Shown in pieces: positions 35,281 to 47,198 of a DNA stretch of 64,000 bases. The DNA is taken from NCBI GenBank assembly GCA_043228905.1, contig JBHGNT010000005.1, positions 2,852,001 to 2,916,000 on the forward strand. The letters are read 5' to 3'. A program made the position numbers and the translations under genes. The notes under the pieces were generated by a model. It was not told the DNA's origin and made no database searches. It worked only from the letters and a program-made list of their open reading frames with translations. This stretch comes from Azolla caroliniana. Its lineage: Eukaryota > Plantae > Polypodiophyta. Each line of letters begins with the position of its first letter. Within the stretch, counting starts at the first letter, position 1.

Positions 35281-35699
35281 TGTTACCGGCCGGCAAGGAG
35301 TCCAAAATACGGAGTGAAGGAATTAATTAAATATGGTTGTAAATGAGCATAGTGTGGACGGACGGACTGGAAACGGTATGCCGTTCCAGATCCGGACGGA
35401 TTCCGAATAGGTGCGAGAGGCACCGTTTTGTACTACGGGCCGGAAACCTATTTAAAGGCCCGGACCCCATTGTAATCGCAGTGGATAATTAATAGAGCTT
35501 ATGATGTTTATACTTCTGTGTTGATTTCCGTTCTGTAATTACTGTTATATCTTACGCGTGTAATTAACCAAAGCATTCTAATCGTGTAACCTACGTAAGT
35601 CGGTGTAATCGTTGAATCTTAATCCTATGCCGTAATCACCCTTTGGTGAAGTGTCTCCGTGACACCTTGTGTTAGGCCTTGTCCGGCTAGCGAATAACA
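35281..35699 (+). repeat. 3' LTR of C
   Basis: Repeat of 25824-26242. Confidence 0.96.
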
Positions 35700-35701
35700 G
35701 C

Positions 35702-36471
35702 TGTCGTGAAGAATTTCGGCCAGAGGCGGAAACCGGGAACATTGGCTACATCGGCGGGGTGCAGCGTGTGTACGCACCCATGTACATTTAGTGTGAATAT
35801 CGAGGACGCCTTTATGGCGCCGAAGAGTAGTCAAGTCGGGACAGACGATCCCATGTAAGTCGGGATTTGTCCCACATTGTAATGCATCCCTTTCTTTGTT
35901 CTATAAAAGGAAGGGAACGCCCTTTGTGTAAGGGTTGCCCATTTTGCATTAGAGGGTATACCATTAGGTTTAGAGTTAGGTTCTTCTTCTTCTCCTCCTT
36001 CTTCGTGTTTTGCTTAGGGTTTGCTTTGGTTCGGCCTCCTGTGCAAGACCCCGCTAGGCGCGACGAGCTGAGAGCTCCCCGACGGCGGCTTGACAATAGA
36101 CGACTACTGTAACCTACCTCAGTCTGTCTCGACGCCGGGAATGTATTCTTCCCTTTATATGTATATATATATACGTTTTTCTGTGTATATTCGCGTCGTT
36201 GTTGGCGTCGGGTGCCTACCCTTTCCTATGTTTCCTGTACATGAGGGTGTGAGCCGTGTGTGTGTGCGTGTGCGTGCGTGCGTGCGCGTGAGTCGGCGTC
36301 AAGCGCGCACACCCTCTCTTTCTTTCTCTCTCTCTGTCCCTTCGGTCGCTTCCGGTGTTCTTCTGGGATCCCCCGGAAACGGTGAAGCACGACTTCCTAC
36401 GCTCCGTCACTCCCTAGTCCAAGACCCCCGTGGTCCCACCTTTCTCCACGCACGCGCGTAATAACGCGACA
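35702..36471 (+). repeat. 5' LTR of D
   Basis: TGTCGTGAAG...CGCGACA; TATAAAAGG box; repeat of 52705-53473. Confidence 0.94.
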
Positions 36472-36508
36472 TATTTGGTGAACCCGACGTGAAAGGCGGC
36501 AAGGGAGG

Positions 36509-37130
36509 ATGGAGTCGGAAGACGACGACCTTGCGGAGATGGTGGCTGAAGTGGTGTTGGAGTCGGCATGAGTGGTGATGAGGCAAGAAGCAGCGCAACA
36601 AGCGGTTGGGCGAGTGGTCGAAAGAGTCGGCCATTTCAACGGGGACAAAGTCCCATCTTACTTGGAAGCCTACAACGCGGAAATGGAGGAGCGTGGCGTA
36701 GACGAGGCGTTGAGGTTGGAGTTCTTCTATCGGGTCGTGGTTGTCCGGATGCATGCGGAAATAAAGGAGCTCCGTGAGGCTCATAGTTCGTGGGAGGCCT
36801 TCGAAGAGGCGCTCCTGAAGGCATACGGAGGACGGCGGAAGAGCCGGGGACGACACGACTTTGACCAGTGGGTAGCATCGGCAAAGACCCACCGGGGCGC
36901 GACCAAGGCGTTCCGAGAGTTCGAGCGACGGCTTGCTCGGCTCCCGGAGCGGGAACAAGGTTTGGTGGGGGCGGACAAAGTCCTTTTGTTCGTAGGTTGA
37001 TCGACCGAGCGGAATGAGAAGCCATCGGGATTGAGCTCAAAGACGATGATGGAGCGAATGGGCTTACGGAGGACTGGTCGAAGGTCGGAAGGGTGTGCCA
37101 ACGGCTAGACAAAGAGCGAGCCGAGAAGGC
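36509..37130 (+). pseudogene. D gag (capsid part) relic
   Basis: VGHFNGDKVPSYLEAYNAEM...SWEAFEEALLKAYG...KVLLFV aligns with B/E gag; stop at 36569 and frameshift near 36995. Confidence 0.85.
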
Positions 37131-38478
37131 TAAGAGGAAGGGACGCGACGACGTGCCATCACAGCGGGAAGAGGCCGAACGGCAAAGAGAGTCAACAAGG
37201 GTCGGTGTTGGGGCCAGGATTACGGAGGCATACGCAGCTCTCGAGGCGATGCTCGAGGAGGAGGAAAGACGGAGGCCGCAAGCCGAGACTGAGAAGACGG
37301 ACTTGCCCCACGCGACGGCGGAAGATCGGTACGACGGTACCACGGGAGAGGGTGCGGAACGAAACGCCCTCTCAACTTGCAGAGATAGAACGGCCAAGGA
37401 CGAGGCCGAGATACCAATCGCGGAATCGGAAAGTTGGGACCAGCGGTTTCGAGCGTGTCATCCCAAGATCCTGGTCATTGGGGAAGCAAGCCCAAACGGG
37501 GCTTGCGCGATCGGTAAGAAGAAGACCGCCGACCACCGACCACGAAGAGTCGGTGGCTATGGACAAAGGCGTAAAACGGACGGGCGATTCTTTGTGTCTT
37601 CCCACACTTGCTCCCGAGGCGATGGCAGTCGGGCCCGAGTGCCCATGTGAGTCCCAAGCGGAGGAAGGCGGCGGTGGAGGGCCAAGAATCACCGGCGAGA
37701 CAATACGGGGAAGGAGCAGACGAAAGCCCATGGACCCGATTCCGGAGAACTCGGCATTCGGGCCCGTATGCCCGTGTAAGACCGAGGAGATGGATGGCGG
37801 TACCGAGGAGTCTTGGCACGATGCCAGGGAAGAAGGATGGGAAACGACCTGTGAGGAGGCCGAGGACGGACGCGGCACGAGAAGATCGACATTCCGATTC
37901 GTATGGAGCGGAATCCGGTCGTGGATCGTTCGATCGGGGCCAGAATCGGCATGAAGGTGCTGATATGGGAGAGGGTGCGGGACGAGCCGCCCTCTTTTAC
38001 ATGGGGAGAAAGACCGACCGGGCGAAGGTCGAGATTTGGAAAGAGAATGAAAGCCGGTCCTATGGGATTCCTTATACCGATCCGGTTGCAGGCTCGAGTG
38101 CCGGCGTGAGTCCTATAAGAGAGGTTGGTGGCGACAGGAGAACGGGACTCGGCAATCCGGAGAAGGACGAACGGACCCGGACGAGAATCGGGCGGAACGG
38201 ACTCCCGGATGACCATTCCGGGAGGGAGGAAGAGAGCGAGGCCTATGAAGAGGCCGAGGAGGCGGTACGTCGGTATCACGGGAGAGGGTATGGAGTAAAC
38301 CGCCCTCTCGGCATGCGGAAAAGGAGGACCTGGGACAGGGTCGGGAAAATACGGATTGGAAGCCTACGGAGGATCCTTCACACCGGTTCTAGAGACTTCG
38401 GCAGTCGGCAATGCGGTCGACGTAAGACCAAGATACTGACGGTGGCGGCGAGGTGACGAAGGCAAGGGATACAGAAGG

Positions 38479-39121
38479 TGTTGAACACAGTGCTCGGCCA
38501 CAACCAAGGAATAGGATCAACTCACAGAAAACAGGAAATACAAAATGCACGAAGACAATAGAGAGAAGTGTACACAGGATGTTTTACGTGGAAAACCCTA
38601 AATGGGAAAAACCACGGGGTCCTCAGACTCCAACCATCACTATAAACAGAGATGTACAATGGTGAAGCTACAAGGCAACAACCTTGTGCTCACTGTCTTC
38701 GCCACAGGCGGCGGTAATACACAGAGGCAACGACCTCTTCGTCTCTCTCTCTCTCTCTCTCTCTCTCTAGGCTGCTCTCACTTCGCTCCCTCTAAGTGGA
38801 AAACAGAAAAATGAGCAACAACATCAAAACTGTTTGCCCTAAGTCATATTTATACACATATGACTTTCGGGCTATTTACAAATATAGCCTCGAGGGCCCT
38901 TGGCAAACATATTCACAAATATGTCCCCGCACCCGGATCTCTTTCCGGGTACATTCGTCATCCGGCTCCGTAGCCGGGGTCTTCATCATCCGGCTCCGTA
39001 GCCGGGGTCTTCATCATCCGGCTCCGGAACCGGGTCTTCATCATCCGGCTCCGGAACCGGGTCTTCATTCCCGATTCCCGGACATCCGATCATCCCATCC
39101 GGAGGGACCGTAATCCCAACA
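38479..39121 (-). repeat. 3' LTR of F (643 bp)
   Basis: TGTTG...CAACA; four 27-28-bp tandem units. Confidence 0.95.
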
Positions 39122-39131
39122 AACTCCCCCT

Positions 39132-39937
39132 TCACTTCGGCATGGGATGTCTTTCCAGTCCGACCCTCTTCCGGCACGCTTCCAGCTTGTCGGGTGTGAG
39201 CACTTTGGTCAGCATATCTGACCCGTTCTCGTCCGTGTGGATCTTTGTCAGCACGAACTCCTGGTCTTCTATCCTTTCCCGGATCCAGTGATATCTTCGC
39301 TGGATGTGCTTCGTCCGGGAGTGATAGGCCGTGTTCTTCGCAAGGTGGATGGCACTCTGACTGTCGCAGTAGAGTCGGTACTCCTCCTGCCGGATACCGA
39401 GCTCTCTAATGAAGTCCTTCATCCATATTATTTCCTTGCCGGCTTCAACAGCCGCCATGTACTCTGCCTCCGTGGTTGACAACGCAACCGTCTTCTGCAG
39501 CCTCGACTGCTACGAAACAGCTCCCCATGCATACGTCATCACATACCCTGATGTGGACCGGCTGGTATCTGCATCAGCCGACATATCCGAATCGGTAAAG
39601 CCGTCGAGTTCGGGCTTACCGGAGCCGAATCGGAGGCACACGTTTGTCGTGCCCTTCAGGTATCGGAGTATCCACTTGACCGCGTTCCAGTGCTCTTTGC
39701 CGGGATTGCTCATGTACCGGCTCACCACTCCGACTGCATATCCTATGTCCGGTCTTGTACACACCATTGCGTACATCAAGCTTCCGACGGCAGAGGCATA
39801 TGGTACTTTCATCATGTCCTCCTTCTCAGCCTTTGTCTTGGGGCTTTGCTTGCTGGACAACTTGCAGTTTGCCGGGAGGGTTGAACCGACCGGTCTTGCT
39901 TCCGACATGTTGAACCGGTGAAGCACCTTTGTCACGT
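39132..39937 (-). pseudogene. F pol C-terminus (RT end, RNase H)
   Basis: YASAVGSLMY, STTEAEY, DSQSAIHLAKN, SDMLTK; TGG>TAG stop at 39510. Confidence 0.92.
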
Positions 39938-40785
39938 TGTCGAGATATTACGCAAGTGCGTGTGGAATCGAGGCGGGACCGCGGGGGTCTCGAACCAAAG
40001 AGCAAGCGAGGGAGGAGAAAGAGAGAGAACCGGCTACGCAGGACCGGGGATACACAGGGACACGGCCCTTCAGCACGGAGAACGCGAACAGACACCGACA
40101 CAGACAGATGCGAACGACTAAATATGTATATTAACAAAATGGCTAACACGACTACAACCCTCGATGGGGCACAGGTTGGTTACAACCGAACAGGCCGGCG
40201 AACAGATGCCGATGCCTGTTCGCTTCGACGCACAATGGGGCTGCCGGAAGCACTCGGGCGTTCCTCGAAACAGCGCGAGCCCTTCGGAACCCTGCACAGA
40301 AAGCTATGGAGCTCAAGAAGGAAGGAACAGAGAGAGAGAAGCGTCCAGAAACGGTCCGACAGCACTTCGTCCTCTCCCCCCGCGAGATCCCTGCAACAGC
40401 TCTTTCCTCCTCTTTTTATAGCCCGACGAGCAGGCCGTCATGTCAGCTTTATTCCCTGTCCCTTTTGGACAGGGATCCGCTCCGTCCTTCACGCGTCCGC
40501 GTAGTTACGCCGCCGACTCGTACAGTTCCTTCGCTCGCGCGCGCGACCGAAAAGACTATTCGCGCGGTCTTTGTCTCCACTTGTGCTAGGGCCCGTTCCT
40601 GCCGATTATCCTCCTAATTCGCTTCCATGTACAACTTGGAGCTTGCGCGCGTGAAGAACCGGTTCCCATGCCTAGGTGCGCCGATTCCGCCTATGGACGG
40701 TTTTCTTCACGACATCCGCCCCCACCTAACCGCGCATCCTCCGGTATGCGCCAAGAGAGTTGGGACGGAGAAAACCGGCCCGTCT

Positions 40786-43700
40786 TCATTCCTCGTTTTC
40801 GGATCGTTCGCCACTGCTGACTAGGAGAGCCGGGTCCGGCTCGTCGTCATGTCGCTTCTTGAACGCTTTGATCCGCTTCCCTGCAACCGGTATCGCCACT
40901 CTCGTGCCGTCAAGTTCCGCCAGGTGATATGTCCCGTTGTCATTGGCGCTCCGTACCACGTAAGGCCCAAACCACCTTCGTGCGAACTTCCGTGTGGCTC
41001 GGTGCTGGTTGTCGAGGCTGCTGTCGTAGACGAGCACCCAGTCACCTTCTTCGATCTTCTTTGGTCGGAGCCGGTGCGTTCGGTCGAACCTGGCTTTGTT
41101 CTTTGCCCTCGCCACCCGGAGCCTCTCCGTAGCCAGTTCCACGTCCTCCGGTCTCCGCTCGAGCTGTCGTATGCGCGCGGCCAACAACTCCTCCCGGCTC
41201 ATCTCGTCCCGCCAGGCGACCGTTGCCCACGAGGAGATCGTCCGTTCCATCGGCATGACCGGCTTCTGGCCGAACATGAGCTCCGTCGGCATGTACCCGG
41301 TTACCGAACTGTGCGTGGTCCGGTCTGCCCACAAAGCATAAGGTAGCAGCCGCGGCCAGTCACCGACTCGGCCTCCGCATGCCCGGACCAACGCCTTGAC
41401 GATCGGTCCGTGTCCGCGCTCCACCTTTCCATTCGCCTCCGGATTGTACGCAGTGGTGAGCGAGAGCTTGACTCCCAGCCGGTCGAACAGCTCCGCGGCT
41501 TCTTCGGCGTCCAACTCCCCTCGGTCAGCCACGATCTTCCCGACGCACCCGTACCGGCATATCAAGTCCTCGATTAGGAACCGGCATACGGCCGCGGTCG
41601 TTTTGTTCGGAAGGGCCCGGCCTTCCACCTGGTTCGTCAGATCCTCTCGCGCTAGGACCAGGTACCGCATCTGTCCTACTCCCATTGGCATCGTTATCAG
41701 ATCTACCATCCATTTGAAATGGATGGCCGGAGGGTACGTAGGGTGAAGCTCGTCTCGATGTCGGACTATGGAGTGCATCTGGCAGCTCTCGCAAGTTGTC
41801 ACGAACCGATGCACGTCCTGGTACTGCCCCGGCCACCAATACTTCCCCTTCAGTTTCTCAAACGTAGCCCATGTTCCACGGTGTCCAGCCCAAGCGCTGT
41901 CGTGGTAGGCCGTCAGCAACTCCTCCTGTTCTTCCTTCATCGCCACCACCCGGAGCGGAGCGCCGTCCCTCTTCTTCGGGTGCCTCCATAGATAGCCATC
42001 CCGAAGAAAGAACCGGTACGCTTTCTTCCGGATCCGGTTGGCCTCGTCCTTCGTCCATGACGCATCGGGCGTCATTGTCTTCAAAAACCCACCGATCTGC
42101 AGCCACTCCCCGTCGTACTTGCTCGCGTCGAAGTCGCTAAGCGCCGGAGTGCTTGTCCCGTCGGTTGTTACATACGCAGTCTCGAAGAAGTCCACGCCGA
42201 CCTCTTCGTCCTCCGAAACCATGCCGCCCTCGTCATCGAATCTCGCCCTTGAAAGCATGTCGGCCATGGCGTTGTCTTTCCCGGAAATGTGTCGTATTAC
42301 CGGGTCTAGGGACTTGATATACGCTATCCACCTGAGCATTGCCAGGTCCGGCGTCGCGCATCCGGAAACCATGCCGAGAATCGGCAAGCAATCCGTCTCT
42401 ATGATTACCTCCGTCCCGATCAGATAGTCCTTGTCGGCCTTCACTGCCGAAACGATACCCCAGAGTTCGCGTTTAACCTGGGCGTATCCTCGCTGCCGTT
42501 CGCTGAGGACCTTCGCGCCGAATCGGATCGGAAACCGATTGCCGTCCTCGTCTTCTTGGTTGACGACCCACCCGATTCCGGTCGGACTCGTGTCAACCGT
42601 TATGTACACTGGGGTGCCCTTCCTGTAGACGGCCTTTCGGAGCGCCGGTGCTGCCGAAAGAGCCTCCTTCAGCTTCCGGACCGACTCCGTGTGCTTGTCT
42701 AGCCATTCGAATCTTCGCCCTTTCCTCAGTAATCCGTATAGCGGCTCCGCAACGTGGGCGTAATGCGGGATCCATATGTGGTAGAATGCGCATGCCCCCA
42801 GGAATCTTCGTACTTCCGTGACCGAGCCGCAGTCGGGCTTCATCGCGGAGATGGCTTCTACCTTTGCCGGAGACGGTTTCCGGCCATATGGCCCACATAA
42901 GTGTCCGACCACCATGATTTCCGACTGCCCGAAGGCTGATTTCTCCCCCGAGAAGGTGAGCCTCGCATCCTCTAGCCTTCGCAGCACCTTTTCGCAGTCG
43001 TCGATGTGCGCCATCACGAATCGCCGGCATCCGTCCGGCCCGACCGTCTCGTCCTTCTCTTCTACCGGGCATCCCTTGATCGGGATGTCGTCTAGAAACG
43101 GCATGGTGATGTCCGGGATGCAGTCCCTCAGCACCTTGTTCATTGCATTCACCATGTGGGCCACCGAGTTGGTCCCTCCTTGCGGCAGCGTACACATCCG
43201 CACTAGGCCGAGGGGAGTTCGCATCGTCGTAATGTCTCTGCTCTCCACGGCTAGCTGGAACTGGTCGTACCCTGAATATAGATCACCGACCGAGTAAATC
43301 GACCTTCCGGCGAAGGCCTCCGCGAACTCGTCTACGGTCGGTCCGATTCCTGCGTTCCGAATGGTCACCCTATTGACCGGTTGCAGGTCCTGAATGAAGC
43401 GTAATGACCCGTTTTTCTTTGGTACGGTAAACCATCGGTTTGAATACGGGGCGCTCGACGGCTCGAGAATGCCCATCTCAACTTTCTGCTTCAACAGCTC
43501 CATCAACTTCGGGATGTGAGCTCTCGGAACCGGAATTGGCTTGAGATTCCACGGTACATGCGGTACCGTGAATATCACCATTGGCTCTACGATCGTCGGG
43601 TCTACGCACCCGATTTCCTCCGGTGAGAATGCGAAGGCTTTCCCGTGCCTTCCGAGCATTCTCCGAAACCGGTCTTCCTCCACCGGCAGTAGGAACCCGC

Positions 43701-44256
43701 CCCCACCGATCTTCAGCTCGCGGAGCGTCTCGTTGGTGAAGGTGTGTCCTATGCCGGCCGGATCTCGTAAGCTGGGGTCCGATGCAACCCCTTTGATTCG
43801 GGATTCGCTGCCCTCCGGTAAGGGCGCCGCAACTGGCCTCACCTTCCGGTCCACCGTCTTGTACTTGGTGCACACTCGGGCCGTCCGTTCCGACTCGAGC
43901 CCTCGACCGAAGTCCGCGATGACTTCGTACATTTCTTCGGAACCTACCGGTATCGTCCGGTCTTCGTTAAGGTCTTCTTCGACTACCTTCCCCAGCATTC
44001 CCAAGGTGTCGTCGAAGGAGACTGCCTCCACGGCTCCGCTGATTCCTTCGTCAGGGCCGAGAACTCCGCACGCCCGAAGTCTCCCCTCCGTCTTTGTTTT
44101 CTCTCGGCCGGTGATGCCGACCATCGTACATGCTCCGCTGTCGGAGAAGCAAAATTTCCTACCTATTGTACACGGTTTTATCGTACAGATGTGGGGTTTT
44201 TCCGGAGCATCCGGACTGTCGCGGCCCCACGCCTTGGCAGTCCTCTCTAAAAATCC
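40786..44256 (-). CDS. pol: E pol (RT-RNase H-integrase), probably entered by -1 frameshift at 44247-44256
   Basis: Uninterrupted ORF, open from 44286, overlapping the gag stop; all catalytic motifs present. Confidence 0.94.
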   Translation of the reverse strand, partial: GFLERTAKAWGRDSPDAPEKPHICTIKPCTIGRKFCFSDSGACTMVGITGREKTKTEGRLRACGVLGPDEGISGAVEAVSFDDTLGMLGKVVEEDLNEDRTIPVGSEEMYEVIADFGRGLESERTARVCTKYKTVDRKVRPVAAPLPEGSESRIKGVASDPSLRDPAGIGHTFTNETLRELKIGGGGFLLPVEEDRFRRMLGRHGKAFAFSPEEIGCVDPTIVEPMVIFTVPHVPWNLKPIPVPRAHIPKLMELLKQKVEMGILEPSSAPYSNRWFTVPKKNGSLRFIQDLQPVNRVTIRNAGIGPTVDEFAEAFAGRSIYSVGDLYSGYDQFQLAVESRDITTMRTPLGLVRMCTLPQGGTNSVAHMVNAMNKVLRDCIPDITMPFLDDIPIKGCPVEEKDETVGPDGCRRFVMAHIDDCEKVLRRLEDARLTFSGEKSAFGQSEIMVVGHLCGPYGRKPSPAKVEAISAMKPDCGSVTEVRRFLGACAFYHIWIPHYAHVAEPLYGLLRKGRRFEWLDKHTESVRKLKEALSAAPALRKAVYRKGTPVYITVDTSPTGIGWVVNQEDEDGNRFPIRFGAKVLSERQRGYAQVKRELWGIVSAVKADKDYLIGTEVIIETDCLPILGMVSGCATPDLAMLRWIAYIKSLDPVIRHISGKDNAMADMLSRARFDDEGGMVSEDEEVGVDFFETAYVTTDGTSTPALSDFDASKYDGEWLQIGGFLKTMTPDASWTKDEANRIRKKAYRFFLRDGYLWRHPKKRDGAPLRVVAMKEEQEELLTAYHDSAWAGHRGTWATFEKLKGKYWWPGQYQDVHRFVTTCESCQMHSIVRHRDELHPTYPPAIHFKWMVDLITMPMGVGQMRYLVLAREDLTNQVEGRALPNKTTAAVCRFLIEDLICRYGCVGKIVADRGELDAEEAAELFDRLGVKLSLTTAYNPEANGKVERGHGPIVKALVRACGGRVGDWPRLLPYALWADRTTHSSVTGYMPTELMFGQKPVMPMERTISSWATVAWRDEMSREELLAARIRQLERRPEDVELATERLRVARAKNKARFDRTHRLRPKKIEEGDWVLVYDSSLDNQHRATRKFARRWFGPYVVRSANDNGTYHLAELDGTRVAIPVAGKRIKAFKKRHDDEPDPALLVSSGERSENEE
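44191..44256 (-). promoter_or_regulatory. Putative -1 frameshift signal of E
   Basis: Same slippery heptamer and pseudoknot pairing as B. Confidence 0.8.
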
Positions 44257-46373
44257 TCTCGGTTTTCGGAACCGAGGGAATCGCGGTTACGTTCGTGGTT
44301 CGGCCGTACCGTCAGAAACTGGACCGAATGGCGCCCGTCTTGGCTTTTGACCCTCGCGTAGGCCGAACCATTGTCCAGCACCTTGGTCTCCATCCGCGCC
44401 GCCGTGATGTACGGCTCCCCCAGTATGACCGGATGCGAAGACGTTTCCTGCACGAAGAAGTGTTGGTCGATCTCGACGTCGCCGATCTTGACTCGCACAT
44501 TCGGACAGGCCCCGTGCAGCTCCTCGGTGGCGCGCGTTGCCGCCCTTATTTTCCACCCGTGCTTGGTGTTGATCGGCCATTTGCCCTTCTTATAGAAGTC
44601 CATGGACATCAAATTGATCTCCGATCCGTGGTCCACCAAAGCTATCACCGGTTCCTGGACATCGCCGATCTTCACCGGGGTTTCCGTGGTCGCTCGGGCC
44701 CAGTGTGGTCTCGAATAGTGGCTTTCCGCCCACTCGTCTCCCAGCGCCATGTCGTCTAGGTGCGTCGTCCGCACTTCCACCGGTCTTTCCGGTTCTGTCT
44801 CCGTCGACAGCCTCTTCCGTTTCACCAAGTCCACGATGGAGTCGTGGAACTCCTTCTTGGCGATTCCCAGCACCTCTCGTAACGACAGCTCCACCTTGCT
44901 GTCGAGGATCCGTTCCTCCAGGACCTTTCGTAAGTCCGTGGTCCTTTCTATCTCCGTCCCCAGACGGTACCCGCCCTTCTGGGGTCTATCTTGCGTGCCG
45001 GCCCCGCCGGCTTTGTCCCGTCGTGGCCCGGACCGGGTCTCGTATCGTTGTGAGGGCCCGGTCGTCCCGGGTCTCCCCACCCGCTTCTCTTCTACCAGAG
45101 CCTCGTAGTTCTGGCAAGCGGCTTCCACGAAGCCCGTCCTTTCCTCGACCGGGTCGCTCCACCCGGTCATCTCCCGTACCCGTTTCTCCGCACGGTCCGA
45201 TTCCTCCCCTTTAAGCCTTGCACCGGCAAGGCCTTCCAGCATCTTCGGCCAGAATCCGGCTCTGCTTTCCCTTCGGGCCTCGCCGCCCCCGACTCGAATG
45301 CCGGCCGACGCCGAGTAGTGGACGGTTTCCGCGTGTCGGGCCGCCGCCTCTTCCATCAACCTTTTCATACCACCTTTCCCGTCGTTTCGGCTCAGGGCCC
45401 TTCGGGTGTCGCTGGCATGCACCCGTCCTTCCCACAGGTACACCACCCTGTCCCTTAGCGCCTCCGCGAAGTCGCCGCAGTCCTTCCGAATGTGGCCGAC
45501 TTCATCGCACCACATGCACCTGTTTCCTGCCGCCGGCCGTCGGTCACGAGCCGGTTCGCCTTCTTCCCTTCGGGCCTGCGCGATTTGGAGGTCCTTTATC
45601 GCCTTCGTCAATTCCTCCAGCGCCGCTCCTCCGGTTGAGCCTCTGACTACGCCGGTCGAAGCCGAACCGGTTTCCAACCACTCTCCGGTCTCTTCCTTTC
45701 GCACCCGTGGCGCTGGTTCGAACTTCCTTGCTGCGACCGAGCCCGACCCGGTTACCCCGTTATCCGCCCATTCTCGCCGTTTGTCGAAACGGCCACAGAC
45801 TTTCTCGACAGCTGCCCAGTCGGTAGTGAGCCCGTCTTCGGTTTCCAGCAAGAGGCCCACTTGCTCCCGGTCCCGCTCGTCGACCGACTTGACAAACAGC
45901 AAGACCCGGCTCGTGTCCAGGATGGTTCGGTCGAGCGCCGAAAGGCGCGCAAAGTTTTCCTCGAACTCCCGGAGGAGTGCCGAAGCGTTTCTTCCCTTCC
46001 CCGGGGACTCCACCCATTCCATGAACCTTCGCTTCGAAAGCCGGAGCGCGTCGTCCAGCCCGTATTTCTCTAGGAGCCGACCTTCGAACTCCTCCCAGGT
46101 ACGGCTCTCCGCCCGCACCTCGAGCACCTCCGCATGGATGCCCGGCATTGCGACTCGGGGAAATCCGGCAAGACGCCTTTCTTCCGGAATGTCCCGCATC
46201 AACATTTCCGCACCGTAGGACGCCAGATACTTCGTGGCATCCCTCCCATCGAACCGGCCGATCGTGCCGACGACCGCCTCAATAGCTCTGTCGAGGGCAC
46301 CGGTGCCCTCGCGCGCGTTTACAATCCGATCCACGGCCGAAGCCATGGCCTCTGCAAGATCCGACCCCCTCAT
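44247..46373 (-). CDS. gag: E gag-protease, 708 aa
   Basis: ATG 46373 just after the PBS; capsid-like region, CCHC knuckle, protease LVDHGSEIN...VILGEPY; ends EDF*. Confidence 0.93.
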   Translation of the reverse strand: MRGSDLAEAMASAVDRIVNAREGTGALDRAIEAVVGTIGRFDGRDATKYLASYGAEMLMRDIPEERRLAGFPRVAMPGIHAEVLEVRAESRTWEEFEGRLLEKYGLDDALRLSKRRFMEWVESPGKGRNASALLREFEENFARLSALDRTILDTSRVLLFVKSVDERDREQVGLLLETEDGLTTDWAAVEKVCGRFDKRREWADNGVTGSGSVAARKFEPAPRVRKEETGEWLETGSASTGVVRGSTGGAALEELTKAIKDLQIAQARREEGEPARDRRPAAGNRCMWCDEVGHIRKDCGDFAEALRDRVVYLWEGRVHASDTRRALSRNDGKGGMKRLMEEAAARHAETVHYSASAGIRVGGGEARRESRAGFWPKMLEGLAGARLKGEESDRAEKRVREMTGWSDPVEERTGFVEAACQNYEALVEEKRVGRPGTTGPSQRYETRSGPRRDKAGGAGTQDRPQKGGYRLGTEIERTTDLRKVLEERILDSKVELSLREVLGIAKKEFHDSIVDLVKRKRLSTETEPERPVEVRTTHLDDMALGDEWAESHYSRPHWARATTETPVKIGDVQEPVIALVDHGSEINLMSMDFYKKGKWPINTKHGWKIRAATRATEELHGACPNVRVKIGDVEIDQHFFVQETSSHPVILGEPYITAARMETKVLDNGSAYARVKSQDGRHSVQFLTVRPNHERNRDSLGSENREDF

Positions 46374-47198
46374 CTTCTGCTCTTCTGCCGCCTCTTTCAC
46401 GTCGGGTTCACCAAAGATGTCGAGATATTACGCAAGTGCGTGTGGAATCGAGGCGGGACCGCGGGGGTCTCGAACCAAAGAGCAAGCAAGGGAGGAGAAA
46501 GAGAGAGAACCGGCTACGCAGGACCGGGGATACACAGGGACACGGCCCTTCAGCACGGAGAACGCGAACAGACACCGACACAGACAGATGCGAACGACTA
46601 AATATGTATATTAACAAAATGGCTAACACGACTACAACCCTCGATGGGGCACAGGTTGGTTACAACCGAACAGGCCGGCGAACAGATGCCGATGCCTGTT
46701 CGCTTCGACGCACAATGGGGCTGCCGGAAGCACTCGGGCGTTCCTCGAAACAGCGCGAGCCCTTCGGAACCCTGCACAGAAAGCTATGGAGCTCAAGAAG
46801 GAAGGAACAGAGAGAGAGAAGCGTCCAGAAACGGTCCGACAGCACTTCGTCCTCTCCCCCCGCGAGATCCCTGCAACAGCTCTTTCCTCCTCTTTTTATA
46901 GCCCGACGAGCAGGCCGTCATGTCAGCTTTATTCCCTGTCCCTTTTGGACAGGGATCCGCTCCGTCCTTCACGCGTCCGCGTAGTTACGCCGCCGACTCG
47001 TACAGTTCCTTCGCTCGCGCGCGCGACCGAAAAGACTGTTCGCGCGGTCTTTGTCTCCACTTGTGCTAGGGCCCGTTCCTGCCGATTATCCTCCTAATTC
47101 GCTTCCATGTACAACTTGGAGCTTGCGCGCGTGAAGAACCGGTTCCCATGCCTAGGTGCGCCGATTCCGCCTATGGACGGTTTTCTTCACGACAACGT

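Larger units (their letters stand above)
25824..35699 (+). mobile_element. Element C: full-length non-chromovirus Ty3/Gypsy element with extra 3' ORF
   Basis: 419-bp LTRs with about 4 differences; 5-bp TSD GCTGT (25819-25823 and 35700-35704); gag-pol plus ORF2. Confidence 0.96.
39938..47194 (-). mobile_element. Element E: intact young Ty3/Gypsy element of the B family inserted in F RT
   Basis: 777-bp LTRs (39938-40714, 46418-47194) with 2 differences seen; TSD ACGT (39934-39937 and 47195-47198); Trp PBS 46396-46413; PPT at 40715. Confidence 0.97.

Noticed and set aside
35702-36471. Retrozyme (hammerhead ribozyme in a non-autonomous LTR element)
   Set aside because: No CUGANGA...GAAA core with flanking stems found by eye in D LTRs; an Infernal search would be decisive
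38948-39067. CRISPR-like 27-28-bp palindromic repeats
   Set aside because: Head-to-tail with no spacers, inside a eukaryotic LTR, no cas genes
47152-47198. C-terminus VVKKTVHRRNRRT of the 1124-aa Copia ORF
   Set aside because: Read-through into E's LTR, not a genuine protein end
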